A stretch of 64,000 nucleotides of DNA from NCBI RefSeq assembly GCF_009914755.1, contig NC_060943.1; one strand, given 5' to 3'. The position numbers were made by a program, and so were the translations under genes. This DNA comes from the human T2T-CHM13v2.0 reference genome, Homo sapiens. Under the pieces are notes generated by a model. It worked only from the letters and a program-made list of their open reading frames with translations, had not been told where the DNA came from and ran no database searches. Below are positions 1 to 56,640 of the stretch, in pieces; the first letter of the stretch is position 1; each line of letters begins with the position of its first letter.

Positions 1-8648
<8,648 letters not shown>

Positions 8649-8999
8649 ATGATGTGAACATTTCTACCTGTAGTGTTTTTTGGAGAGCTGTTAATATTTT
8701 CATACTTGTAAAAATGGGCATATTTATGTAAAGGAAGATAAAAGAAGTAAAATACCATCTGAGTGGCTTGTGGGCCTGAAGTCAGTTCTGGCTTCTAGAA
8801 ACCATCTGTTTTCATTTTTAGGGTGTTACGTAGTTAATGCCTTGGCTTAGCAGTGGTTACTTGGAAATAAAGATGTGTCCTGCTGTGTTGACAGGCCCTT
8901 CATGAGGCAGCACACATGTCATTCTTGCTACTGTGTACCTAGCTGCTGAAATGAATCCTATAAATTATATGAAACTAAAAAGATTTTCTGATCTTATAG

Positions 9000-9089
9000 A
9001 GTTGAAGTATTGATAACACCAAGGAACTCTATCACAATTTGAAAAGATAAGCAAAAGTTTGATTTCCAGACACTACAGAAGAAGTAAAA

Positions 9090-9092
<3 letters not shown>
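9000..9092 (+). other. ILF3: ILF3 exon 2: 5'UTR plus initiator ATG (9090-9092) as its last three bases
   Basis: Acceptor ttctgatcttatag (start could be 9000 or 9002). AAAATG|gtaagt donor. The ATG joins in frame to CGT CCA ATG of the next exon. Confidence 0.88.
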
Positions 9093-27776
<18,684 letters not shown>

Positions 27777-28291
27777 GCCCCCGCGGGGCGGAGATTTCTA
27801 CCTTCTGCACTTACTCCCCATCAGAAGATCGAGTTTTATGCATCACAGTTAACATGTCAGCTGGCCCTCCAGGCCCCCGCCCCCATCCCGTCCACGTTGC
27901 TGTGTCGTGAGGTGCAGCGGGTCACCCTGTGGCCCGTCCTGTGACCCATATTTAGCCGTGTTTGGGACTCCGTGTCTTCAATGGTTTGTTAGTTGCCATT
28001 ACAACTTTGTCTGGGTAGAGTTTTTGAGTTTTTGCAGTTCAGTATCCCTCTGTCTATTCACACTTCGTGTTAGTGGTAACTCAGTTTGTCTTTAAATAGT
28101 TACAGAAGGGATACGTCATTTGTTAATGCTTTTGTGAAGTGAGTTAAACGAGCTTTCTGTATTTTAATGCTTTAGTGTTTCAGTTTTATAAGTGAAGATT
28201 TTATTTTAAAAACCAGTGGGAAAGAGTGGGGGGTTTCTTTTTATGTCTGGGTCATTCAGGCAGTACATCTGAATTAAGCTGAATGTAGACA

Positions 28292-28297
28292 AATAAA
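28292..28297 (+). terminator. Proximal poly(A) signal AATAAA of the NF110 3'UTR
   Basis: AATAAA preceded by TGTA and a U-rich UTR, ~515 nt after the stop. Confidence 0.8.
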
Positions 28298-28844
28298 GAA
28301 AAACAAAACTGCGCCCGTCTTAGGCCTGGGTGTCTGACCCACCAGCAGTGCAATGGGCAGGTTTCCCCACTCTATTCCTGCTCTTGGGAAAGCAGCGTGG
28401 GCCATCAGGATGGTCCCTGGTCCTTAGAGAGGGTCCAGTTCAGGCTTCTAGACATTTTACTCATGCTCAGCGAAGGCTGGTTCCTGGTCCCCTGGGCTGT
28501 GTAGACCCGGTGTCCCACCAGGCTCCAGGCTCCCACCATCTACAGAGGGGCTTACAGCGCCCATTCTGGTCTTGGGGAACCCATCACAAAATAGGCTTTT
28601 TCTGCTCCCCGATTCTGGTGTAGTTCTAAGTACACAGTGATGTCCTCTGTAGGGGCGTGCCTGTGGTGGAACATAACGCAGTTACAAAAGAAAGGGCAGG
28701 TGAGGCCTGGGTAACCCCAGCCATGGACCGTCAGTGGCTGGAGGGAGCTTCGTGTCTGTGCTGGAGCTGCAGCCTGCTCGCCATCTGGAGGCTCAGTGGA
28801 GTGGGGAGTTGGGGTTCTCATACCAGCAGATTTCCCTAGAGCGT

Positions 28845-29030
28845 GATTCTCCCATCTGAGGCAATCTTGCCTCCCAGGGGAAATTTTGCAATGTTTGGAG
28901 GATGTTGTCACAGCTAGTAGCGGGTGCTCTGGGATCTGGTGGATAGATGCCAAGGATGCTGTCAAGCATACTATACTGCCCAGAACAGTGGCCCATAGCA
29001 GGGACCTGCCCTATCAAAATATCAGGTGTA
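28845..29030 (+). mobile_element. MER20-like remnant in the long ILF3 3'UTR
   Basis: gcctcccagggga..ttgcaatgtttggag..ggatctggtggatagatgccaaggatgctg. Confidence 0.6.
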
Positions 29031-30841
29031 TGGAGGTGGAGTCCCAACGCTAGAGCAGCCCTTCTCAGCTCCACCCTGCCCGGGGAGGGAGGAGGAGCTC
29101 TGGTTTCAGAGCAGTGCCGGGATTGCCTTTCCCCAGGATCTGTGTCGGCCATCCAGGAAGAACTGTACTGGCCAAGCCTGGGACCACACGTCTGCAGAGA
29201 TCCTGCTCTGCTGGCCTGAGCCCCAGGCCTTGGCCTCCTGTGCTTGGGTAACCATGGCCACTGGGAAAAGCAAGGACCGTGTTTGACTTTCTTGGAGAGG
29301 TGAAAGAGGTGAAAGAACAAGTTGTGTGCTAGAAAACTTTTGAGGAATTCTTATTTGTGTTAGAGCAGAGGAGGTCCCAGATACCAAGTGGCGCCTCCCA
29401 GGAAAGGCTGGGAGAAGAGGTGGCCTGGAGTACCCCGAGATCCCAGCAGCGCACACAGTGGAGGGATGAGGATGGATGGGTCCTAACCCCTGATTTTGAT
29501 GGGATGTGTTCATGTCCTATCTCCTCTCCTGGACACATTAAGGGGTTGGGACAAGAAGAGACTCCTGTGAGATCAGCAGACCTCGTGTTTAAGGAGAGAA
29601 TGCCTGCCTGCAACACTCATGGAGAGGGACACTTCCTGGCCCCACCTGCTAAATACCTCCAAACTCTGGGCAGGCGCCTGCATTCTCAACACAGGACTTC
29701 CCTTAACAGTTTCCGGATCAGTGACCACCACCACGTTCAGGTTTCTGAATGCAGACCCACCACGAGGGATGGATTCCACCCGCCCGCCCTGCTGCAGATA
29801 CATGCGGCACAGCAGGCACGTGCCTGGAGAGAACAGCTCCTGAGCACAGCACCCTTGGAGCCCTCACCCCGCTCACGATCCTCACCAGTGCTGATGATGC
29901 CGTCATGCTGCTGGCCTGAGACAGTATCCCAGCTACAACAGGACGACACCGGGTTCAGGAATATGTGGCTATCACCTTGAGCACTGACAGTGGCCTTCCA
30001 GGCTAGTTGCCTTCCAAACGCAGGTAGCCGACCTGCAGGAGGGCCTACAAACGGGCCCAGCAAGAGCTGGGCAACAGCTGGCTTGTGAAATGAGACACCT
30101 TGACCAATATGCTTTGGGTGGACGGTCTCCTACATGTTCAGTGGAGGCCACCAGGAGCATCCATGAGCGGGGAAGGGGTCCACACCCTTACATGGCAAGT
30201 TGATACGATGGGGTGCTTGGTGGATGGGCCATGGAGGTCCGTGAGCTGGAACTGGGCACACGCCATCCCAGAGGGCTCAGGATGCCCCAGGAAGGAAAGA
30301 AGGGCAACAGACTACACGATTGGACGTGTGTGGTTGACTGGGATGAAGTTGGAGGGAGGGGCAGGGCCTTGCAGGGGATTGGTACTGATCCCAGGGAGGA
30401 AGTGTTGGGGCTTCATGAACTAGGATGAAAGGAGGCCCCTGAGCCATGACAAGGGGCACATCCAGGATTTCCGCCACCCTGAATTTAGTAGAGCTAGTAG
30501 GCCCTGGTCGTCACTCTGGGCAGGGATGCCGTCAGCCTTGAGGGTCGCCACCCACCTGTGTGTTGCCCTCTGTCCTGGCGGGGAAACATACACCCCTTGT
30601 CTCACCACCAACCTTGCTTGTGTAGTCAGCAGGGCTGGCCCTGCCCCAAGGACTCACTGCATGTACCCGGACCCCTAGGCCTGGCCTTTGCAGCATAGTT
30701 GGGAGCTTCTGGATTCCATCTGCACCTGTGAGCCCCATGCTGGCTGTGCACTGCGCGGGCCTGAGACTGCTGGATACAATGTTGGGCAACAACTCAGCCA
30801 GCCTGATGGCAGCCTCAGAGGCTTACTCTAACCCATCCCAG

Positions 30842-30847
30842 AATAAA
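30842..30847 (+). terminator. Distal poly(A) signal AATAAA (long ILF3 3'UTR)
   Basis: AATAAA followed by GT/T-rich tgtgttcattgtttc at the end of the unique sequence, just before the Alu block. Confidence 0.65.
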
Positions 30848-31461
30848 TGGAGACTTCATGTGTTCATTGTTTCATTCACTCAACATGCGTTCGTTCATTT
30901 TTTAAGAGAGACAGGATATTGCTCTGTCATCCAAGCTGAAGTGCAGTGGTATCATCGTAGCTCACTGCAGTCTTGAACCCGAGAGCTCAAGCGATCCTCC
31001 CGTCACAGCCTCTGGAGTAGCTGGGACCACAGGGCTGTGCCTCCATGACTGACTAATTTTCTTGTAGAGGTGGGTCGCCAAGCCTAGTCTTGAACTCCTG
31101 GCCTTAAGCAACTCAGCTTCCCTATAGTAGCTGGGATGACAGGCAGCGCCACTGTGCCCTGCTGTCGTGTTTATTATTGCACGGTGATTACATGTCAAGT
31201 CTGGTGCTGGTTGCTGGGAACGAAATGGTGAACCTGCTCCCAACCCACATGTAGCTTCCAGGCACAAAGAGGGCTGTGTCACAGTGGGACAGGAAGTGCC
31301 TGTCAAGGCTTTCCCCTCAGGTGAGAGGATGGGTGAGTTGGACCCAAGAGTGTTAGGAAGGGAAGGGGAGGCCAGGCAGAGGGAATAGCTTGAGCAAAAA
31401 TTCAGCTGGGGGATGAGGATGGGCTTCAAGAAGCTGAAGTCAGGTGGGTAGAGCATTTTGA

Positions 31462-31824
<363 letters not shown>

Positions 31825-31920
31825 TAGAGACAAGTTTTCTCCATGTTAGGCTGGTCTCGAACTCCCGGCCTCAGGTGATCCATCTGCCTCGGCCTCCCAG
31901 TGCTGGGATGACAGGTGTGA

Positions 31921-32076
<156 letters not shown>

Positions 32077-32746
32077 TGACACCATGCCCAGCTAACTTTT
32101 GTTTGAGACAGAGTCTTGCCCTATCACCCAGGCTAGAGTGCAGTGGCATGATCTCCGCTTACTGCAACCTCCGCTTCCTGGGTTCAAGTGATTGTCCTGA
32201 CTCAACCTCCCTAGTAGCTGGGATTACAGGTATGCACCACCATGTCCGGCTTTTTTTTTTTTTGAGACGGAGTCTCACTGTCGCCCAGACTGGAGTGCAG
32301 TGGCATGATACCGCTCACTGCAAGCTCCGTCTCCCGGGTTCACGCCATTCTCCTGCCTCAGCCTTCCGATTAGCTGGGACTACAGGTGCCTGTCACCACG
32401 TCCGGCTAATTGTATTTTTAGTAGAGACGGGGTTTCACGTGTTAGCCAGGATGGTCTCGATCTCCTGACCTCATGATCCGCCTGCCTCGGCCTCCCAAAG
32501 TGCTGGGATTGCAGGAGTGAGCCACCGCGCCCAGCCAATTTTTTGTATTTTTAGTATTTAGTATTTTTAGTATTTAGTATTTAGTATTTTTGTATTTTAG
32601 TTCCACCTTGCTGGCCAGGCTGGTCTCAAACTCTTGACCTCGTGATCCACTCGTCTTGGCCTCCCAAAGTGCTGGTATTACAGGCGTGAGCCACACGGCG
32701 CCTGGCCTACAGTTTTTTTGTTTGTTTTGTTTTGTTTTTGAGATAG

Positions 32747-32956
<210 letters not shown>

Positions 32957-33799
32957 TGATTCGTCTGCCTCAGCCTCCCAAATTGTTGGGATTGCAGGCG
33001 TGAGCCACCGCTCCCAGCTGAAACTATTTTTTAGACAGGGTCTCGGTCTGGTATGCAGTGGTGCCATCATGGCTCACTCATCCTCCTGAGTATCTAGGAC
33101 TACAGGCCTCACTGCCTGGCTAATGTTTGTTTTTCTTCATAGGGGCAGGGTCTCAGGTTGATGTCCAATTCTTGGCCTCAAGCCATCCCCTCTTCAGCCT
33201 CACGAACTGTTGGAATTAACCATTGTGAGCCACCGCGCCTCAGTACAGTTCTTTTGGTTGCTGAGCTGAGTAGGTGTATGGGAGAGGTGAGAATGGGGGC
33301 CCTGGAGACGACAAGAGGCTTGACTTTTGGAACATCGGAGCTGAGGTTTACAGTGATTTTTGCAGCTGAGTCCACTGGTCTTGATAAGGGAAGAGTTTCT
33401 AGACTCAAGAGGGTTAAAAACGGTATGTCAAAGAAAAGGGGCCCGTCCTTCTCATTCTCAGGGAGACCAGCATTCTCTCCACGGAGTAGCCAAGAAGTCC
33501 ATGAACTCCCAGGTCTTGGGCCAGTGCTTTTGTCTTCTCAAAAGATCTGGCGCCTAAGGTCTTCTTGCTTGGCAACAGGGCAGTAGGTGGGTGGCAATGT
33601 CACAGAGGGACGGTCCCCACACGTCCGATGAATAAACTGGAGAAATCCTCCAGGCTATCGAGACGACCACCCGAACTCAGGGCTCCAAGGACCATTATTT
33701 CAGCAAAACCCCTAACTCTCCTCTCCTGAATGTTCTGTATTCCTCAGTCAGTGCTCAGAAGTCCGTATCCTGGACCCAGGACCTCAGCACCCGCTCCCT

Positions 33800-34720
33800 A
33801 AGGCCAACCATATAGTCCCCTGTTTGGGGGCTCCCCTGAGCAGTCGCGGGCGATCCCAGAGAAGGCAAGTTTCGGGATCTGACAGCCCCAGTCACGACCC
33901 TGGGTGCTGCGCAAGCCTCCATGTGAAGAGCGCGGAAACCGCCCCAGGCCTAGCTGCTGCAAACCACCGCTTCCAAACTTCCCGCCGGTCTCTAGGCTCC
34001 GGGTGCCCACCGCCCCTTCCTTCCTTCCTTTGCGCAATCAACAAGCTCCAACTCCAGATGGGATTTCGCAGGCCCTGCCCTGTGTATAAACTCTCTTCGT
34101 CCTGGGGTTGTCAACAAAATTTTTTTTTGGAGACGGAGTCTCGCTGTCGCCCAGGCTGGAGTGCAGTGGCGCGATCTCCGCTCACTCACTGCAACCTCTG
34201 ATTCCCTGGTTCAAACAATTCTCCCGCCTTAGCCTCCTGAGTAGCTGGGATTACAGGCAAGCGCCACCACGCCCGGCAACAAACTCTTCTAATTGGCCGG
34301 ACTCGCAGGCCCCGCCCCCACAGAGTGTGCCACTGCGTGGAGCGCGCCGCTCCTCATAGGGCGCTTGCGCAGGCTCCGCTCCCTGAGCGGCCGCTTTCCT
34401 GGTCTCCAGGCAACGCGTACGGCGCTGTCCACTGTGCTGAAGCCGCACACCAAGCGCCGCCTCTAGCTGCAGGCTCACGGCGCCCCTAGCTCTCCTAAGT
34501 GGGCGGTGCCAACACCCTAAAGCAGGGACCACTAAGCCTCCTTTGCGCCCTATCCCCAGTTTATCTCTTGGTAATAGGTAGAGCCCACTTCCCTCCACGT
34601 TGGCTGAGAAAGCCCTACCGTCCCATCCAGCTCAGAGGAAAGCCCAAGGCTTCCCGCGATTTCATGCCGTCACCTCCACACCCTCATCCGCTCACCTCCA
34701 GCCACACTGACCTCCGCGCT
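33800..34720. promoter_or_regulatory. Orphan CpG-rich promoter/enhancer-like element
   Basis: High CpG density. ATTGG 34292-34296, GC box 34308-34318, NRF1-like GCGCTTGCGCA 34361-34371, E2F-like 33930-33938, 33979-33986 and 34651-34658. Confidence 0.65.
34421..34441 (-). promoter_or_regulatory. RE1/NRSE (REST binding site)
   Basis: Minus strand reads TTCAGCACAGTGGACAGCGCC versus consensus TTCAGCACCNNGGACAGCGCC: one mismatch outside the spacer. Confidence 0.8.
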
Positions 34721-34866
34721 CACAACAGACAATCCAGACACATTCCCACCTCCAGGCCTTTGCTCTTAACTGTTCACGAGGCCTGGAGTGCTCTCTCCGA
34801 TTCCGCATGACTCCTCCATCCTCCTTTCAGGCTCAAATCCCACCGTCTCAGTGAGCCCAGCCCTGA

Positions 34867-35251
<385 letters not shown>

Positions 35252-35712
35252 TAAGCCTCTTTTGATAATTGTTGAAGCTGGGTCATTGGTTACAAGGTGA
35301 TAACTATGCAATTCTCTGTCCGTTTGTCTATGCTTGAAAAGTGTGTAATGAAGAATGTCAGGTGGCACAGTGATCTCCAGGAGGGGCAGAGAACCAGCAT
35401 CAGGGGCTACACAGCTAGTGGTGGTACCCCAACGCCAACCCCACACATAGCCCAATCTCACAATGACTAAGTACAGAGACTGTAGTTGATGCTACAAGGA
35501 TTACTGTGGCTGGAGACCAGATGTGCAACCACCTATAAACTTCCTGAGTGTAGCTTCAGTTTTGACATAAACTGTTCTTATTTTCATGAATCTCTGTGAC
35601 ATGGATGTAGCTGCCTCCAACTCCTGTCCCTAGTGTTTTCGAGCCCAAGGGCCTGTTTCTCCTTATCATTGGCTTTTTTCTTTTTCTTTTTCTTTTTTTT
35701 TTTTTTTTTTGA

Positions 35713-35871
<159 letters not shown>

Positions 35872-36708
35872 TAGTAGAGATGGGGTTTCTCCATGTTGGC
35901 CAGGCTGGTCTCAAACTCCCGACCTCAGGTGATCCGCCCGCCTCAGCCTCCCAAAGTGCTGGGATTACAAGTGTGAGCCACTGTGCCCGGCCACCACCAC
36001 TGGCTTTTGATCCAAATTGTGAATGGCAGAACCTGAGCCTTGTGCAGCCTGGCTGCAGGGCAGGCTGGGAAAGTAACTGTCAATTATAACTTCTATGGAA
36101 AGGCAGGCTTAGCCTTAAAAAATATGACATTCTCTCAATGCAGGGGTGTATGAGCGGGGTCAGGTGTTAGGTGGCCAAGAAAAGAAGGGGCTATACTAGC
36201 TTCAGAACAGCAAATCCAGGCAACCCTTAATCCAATCAGCCATTCATCCAATCATGGTGATTGCATTCTAAAATGCAGAGGATTCCCTCCAACATCCCAG
36301 AAGCTTTGGATAACCAAGAATTGCAGGCAGGTCAGAGCTCCAAGATAAGGTCACCCAGAAAAGAAAGAGACTCACTTTGGATAAGATAATGAAATGCTGT
36401 TTTTGGAACCTAAACCACTGAGAGGCAACATTGGCTGCACACAGAAATTCCTTGAGGCTTAAAACAAAAAACAAAAGAAAATTGATGACTGAGTCTCATC
36501 CCCATAGATTTTTTTTTTTAAGAGATGATCGGCCAGGTGCAGTGGATCACACCTGTAATCCCAGCACTTTGGGAGACTGAGGCAGGTGGATCACCTGAGG
36601 TCAGGAGTTCGAGACCAACCTGGCCAACATTGCAAAACCCTGTCTCTACTAAAAATACAAAAAATTAGCTGGGCATGGTGGTGGGCGCCTGTAATCCCAG
36701 CTACTTTA

Positions 36709-36810
<102 letters not shown>

Positions 36811-37329
36811 TCAAGCAATCCTCCTACTTCATCGTCCCAAAGTACATAAGCTACTCACCATAGATTTTAGTTTAAGTTGTCTGGGCATAGAGATAGTTAA
36901 AAACTCCACAGGTAATTCTATGTGCAGCCAAGAGTGAAAAACAGTGGTTCTGAAACGAGTGGGCATCAGAATAACACAGAAAGCTTGGCAAGAAGCAGAC
37001 TTAAACACATATTGGCCAGGCGCTGTGGCAATCCTCCTGCTTCAGTCTCCCAAGTAACTGGAATTATGGGTAATTTTTTAACTTTTTTTTTTTTTTTTTT
37101 TTTTGCCATGTTGCCCAGGCTGGTCTCTAACTCGTGGGCTCATATGATCCACCCACCTTGGCCTCCCAAAGTGCTGGAATTACAGGCGTGAGCCACTGCG
37201 CCTGGTAAACATTTTGAAAAATAGAAATATTAGCTGGGCACGGTGGCTCACACCTGTATCCTAGCACTTTGGGAGGCCTAGATGGGTGGATCGCTTGAGG
37301 TCAGGAGTTTGAGACCAGCCTGGCCATCA

Positions 37330-37560
<231 letters not shown>

Positions 37561-37895
37561 TCACTTGAACCCAGGAGGTGGAGGTTGTAGTGAGCCAAGA
37601 TTGCACTATTGCACTCTCCAGCCTGGGCAACAAGAGCAAAACTCCGTCTCAAAAAAAAAAAAAACAAAAAACGGCCGAGTGCGGTGGCTCACGCCTGTAA
37701 TCCCAGCACTTTGGGAGGCCAAGGCAGGTGGATCACCAGGTCAGGAGATCAAGACCATCCTGGCTAACATGGTGAACACCGGTCTCTACTAAAAATACAA
37801 AAAATTAGCTGGGCGTGGTGGCAGGCGCCTGTAGTCCCAGCTACTCAGGAGGCTGAGGCAGGAAAATGGCGTGGACCTGGCAGGCAGAGCTTTCA

Positions 37896-38369
<474 letters not shown>

Positions 38370-38402
38370 TTAAGACAATTGAAAGGACATCTTCTGGGAC
38401 AA

Positions 38403-38421
38403 TAGCGCTCTCTGCTGGCCA
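38403..38421 (-). promoter_or_regulatory. Candidate CTCF site
   Basis: Minus strand TGGCCAGCAGAGAGCGCTA versus TGGCCASYAGRKGGCGCTA, in a unique island between Alu blocks. Confidence 0.55.
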
Positions 38422-38986
38422 GGACAGATATCAGATCCAGTTGTAATGATAACAATTACTATATAATATTGTATATTATTATTATCTTTTTTTTTAGGGT
38501 TTCGGTCTCACTCTGTTGCCCAGCCTGGTGTACAGTAGCCCAATCATAGCTCACTGCAGCCTCCAACTCTTCAGCTCAAGTGATCCTCCTGCCTCAGCTT
38601 CTTGAGTAGCTGAGACTACAGGGGCGTGCCACCACACCATGTTAATGTTTTTGTTTTGATTTTGTTTTTGTTTTTGTTTTTTAGATGAAGTCTCGCTTTG
38701 TCGCCCAGGCTGGAGTGCAGTGGCGCAATCGTGGCTCGACCTCCGCCTCCCGGGTTCAAGCGATTCTCCTGCCTCAGCCTCCCGAATAGCTGGGACTACA
38801 GGCACGCACCCCCACGCCCGGCTAATTTTTGTATTTTTTTAGTAGAGACGGGGTTTCACCATACTGGCCAGGCTGGTCTTGAACTCCTGACATCGTGATC
38901 CGCCCGCCTTGGCCTCCCAAAGTGCTGGGATTACAGGCGTGAGCCACCGTGCCTGGCTCACAACCTGTTAATTTTTTAATTTTTAA

Positions 38987-39505
<519 letters not shown>

Positions 39506-39749
39506 TAGCCAGGATGGTCTCCATCCCATGACCTCGTGATCCTCCCTCCTCGGCCTCCCAAAGTGCTGGGATTACAGGCGTGAGCCACCACCCCCGGCCC
39601 TTTATTCAATCTTTACAAAGTCTTTATGCCGAGATGCTGTAATTCGCCACATTTTATCCAAGAGAAAATTATGGCTAAGAGAGTCTCTGATTGTAGCTCG
39701 AAAGTGCTAGGGATGGGATTCGTTCCCAGTTCAATTCTGATTCTTCGCT

Positions 39750-39815
39750 TTAGCGTGTTGTGGGTAGGAGTTAAATGGGCCCCCAGCCAGGACCAGGGGT
39801 TCAAATCCGTTGCCA
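39750..39815 (+). mobile_element. MIR-like tRNA-derived SINE head with an intact B box
   Basis: gtaggagttaa...ccagccaggaccaggGGTTCAAATCC. Confidence 0.45.
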
Positions 39816-39819
39816 TGGT

Positions 39820-39926
39820 CCCCCGACGCTTTCCCGGGCTCCAGAACGGATCGCGTGGTCACGTGACAGCGGCCAACATGGCGCCGCCCACTGTGTGGTA
39901 CGGCCCACGTGGTTCCGACAGTCAAG

Positions 39927-39933
<7 letters not shown>
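39820..39933 (+). promoter_or_regulatory. QTRT1: QTRT1 CpG-island promoter with E-boxes and YY1 motifs
   Basis: GTCACGTGAC 39858-39867, CACGTG 39906-39911, YY1-type AACATGGCG 39875-39883 and AAGATGGCGG 39924-39933. CpG island continues to ~40720. Confidence 0.8.
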
Positions 39934-51731
<11,798 letters not shown>

Positions 51732-52194
51732 CCTGGCATTGGGAGAGGGAGGGAGGAAGGAAGGGAGGGAGGGGCTGGAAGATACTGAAGGATTCCTTTT
51801 TGAAAGGTTTTTTTTATTGTAACTTACAGAGTGTGTCTGTGTCTTCTTGAGGAAGTGGCCTGTCTGGGTCCCCCTCCCAGTCTGAGCGTCATTGCAGTGG
51901 AATATCTCCCCTTCTCACCAATCATAACACGTCACTGTGGCAGCAGCGGATAGCTGGAAACCACCTGCCAGTGCCCAGCATGTAGGGCGTGCCCCTAGAG
52001 CGGGAGCTGCCACCTGCTTCCTGGGGCCCAGGCCCCCCAGCCACCTTGGAGGGAGGTACTGTTGGCCTCTCCTTTTTTACAGCTGAGGAAGCAGGCCCAG
52101 GGAAGGGAGGGAACTTGCCCAAGGTCATCACCATCAAAGAAATGGTATCTTGGCTTTAAGGCATACACTCCTAGTCTGACTTTTATAAATATGA

Positions 52195-55803
<3,609 letters not shown>

Positions 55804-56014
55804 TCATGATCTGCTAAAGTTGAAGAAGTGGGGGAAAACATTGGAGTGTTAGCGGCGTCAAGATCGGGCGTGAGCAGAAAGGGCACAGCATTTGCAAAGG
55901 CGTGGAGGAGTGATTTTATTGCGTTCTATCCCTAGGAAGCAATGACTTGGCCTCTACCATTTGCAGAGCGCATTGGGACCCTGCTCCCAGAGCTGGTTTG
56001 CAGTCTGGGAACTG

Positions 56015-56640
56015 AGATGCGCTCTGGGACTTGTAGTTTTCCCCAGTGCCAGGAAACTCAAAAATCGAGACATCGGATCCCACCACGAGGTGTCGCCCTT
56101 GAGCGAGTACGGTGGGATCTATCCTATACTTCAGAAGGCTGTTGCAGACATCCAACAATCACAAGGAAGAACGGGAGTTTTTCTGATTGACAGATATGGT
56201 TCTCAATGATAGTCAAGATTCGGATGTTAAAGCCCGCCCTCTTTTGCCTGGTTGGCTGGAGCAACGAAGTGATATTTATATGAACCAATGGGAAATTCTT
56301 AGGGAACGAGGTAGTAGCTCAATCCCCAACACCATTGGTCCACATTGTCTACTGGCACGTCTGCCTGCCAATAAGATGGTGGAACTTCGCCAATGGGCAG
56401 AGCCAACGTGCCTTTTTCGGAAACACCCCCTTCCTCTCTTGACAACTTGCTTTCTGCCGCTATTGGCTGTTGCACAACAGTGACGGTTCTTTTGTCCAAT
56501 AAGTCAGCAAGACGGTCCCCAGGGGGAAGGTTTACTCAACCATAGGCCCGTGCCTAGTTTTTATTGGCTAGTGTATCCGAGTGGCGGTGCAGCAGGCCAG
56601 TCGCGTGCGGCGCGAGTGCTTTGGGCGCAGCCCCCGGGGC
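56015..56640 (+). promoter_or_regulatory. DNM2: DNM2 promoter: ZNF143/THAP11-type motif, CCAAT-box array, start of CpG island
   Basis: Minus-strand ACTACAAGTCCCAG 56024-56037. CCAAT/ATTGG at 56285, 56334, 56368, 56390, 56462, 56496, 56563. CpG island ~56570-57330. Confidence 0.8.

Noticed and set aside
29357-29980. 207-aa + strand ORF in the ILF3 3'UTR
   Set aside because: Starts at GTG, no recognisable homology, expected by chance in GC-rich sequence.
39753-39815. tRNA-like segment ending in CCA
   Set aside because: No cloverleaf: T-stem and acceptor stem do not pair. Better explained as a MIR head.
51795-51815. Hairpin + T-run as a bacterial terminator or histone stem-loop
   Set aside because: Eukaryotic Pol II context, a weak 5-bp stem and no match to the histone consensus. 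Kept only as part of the 3'-end finding.
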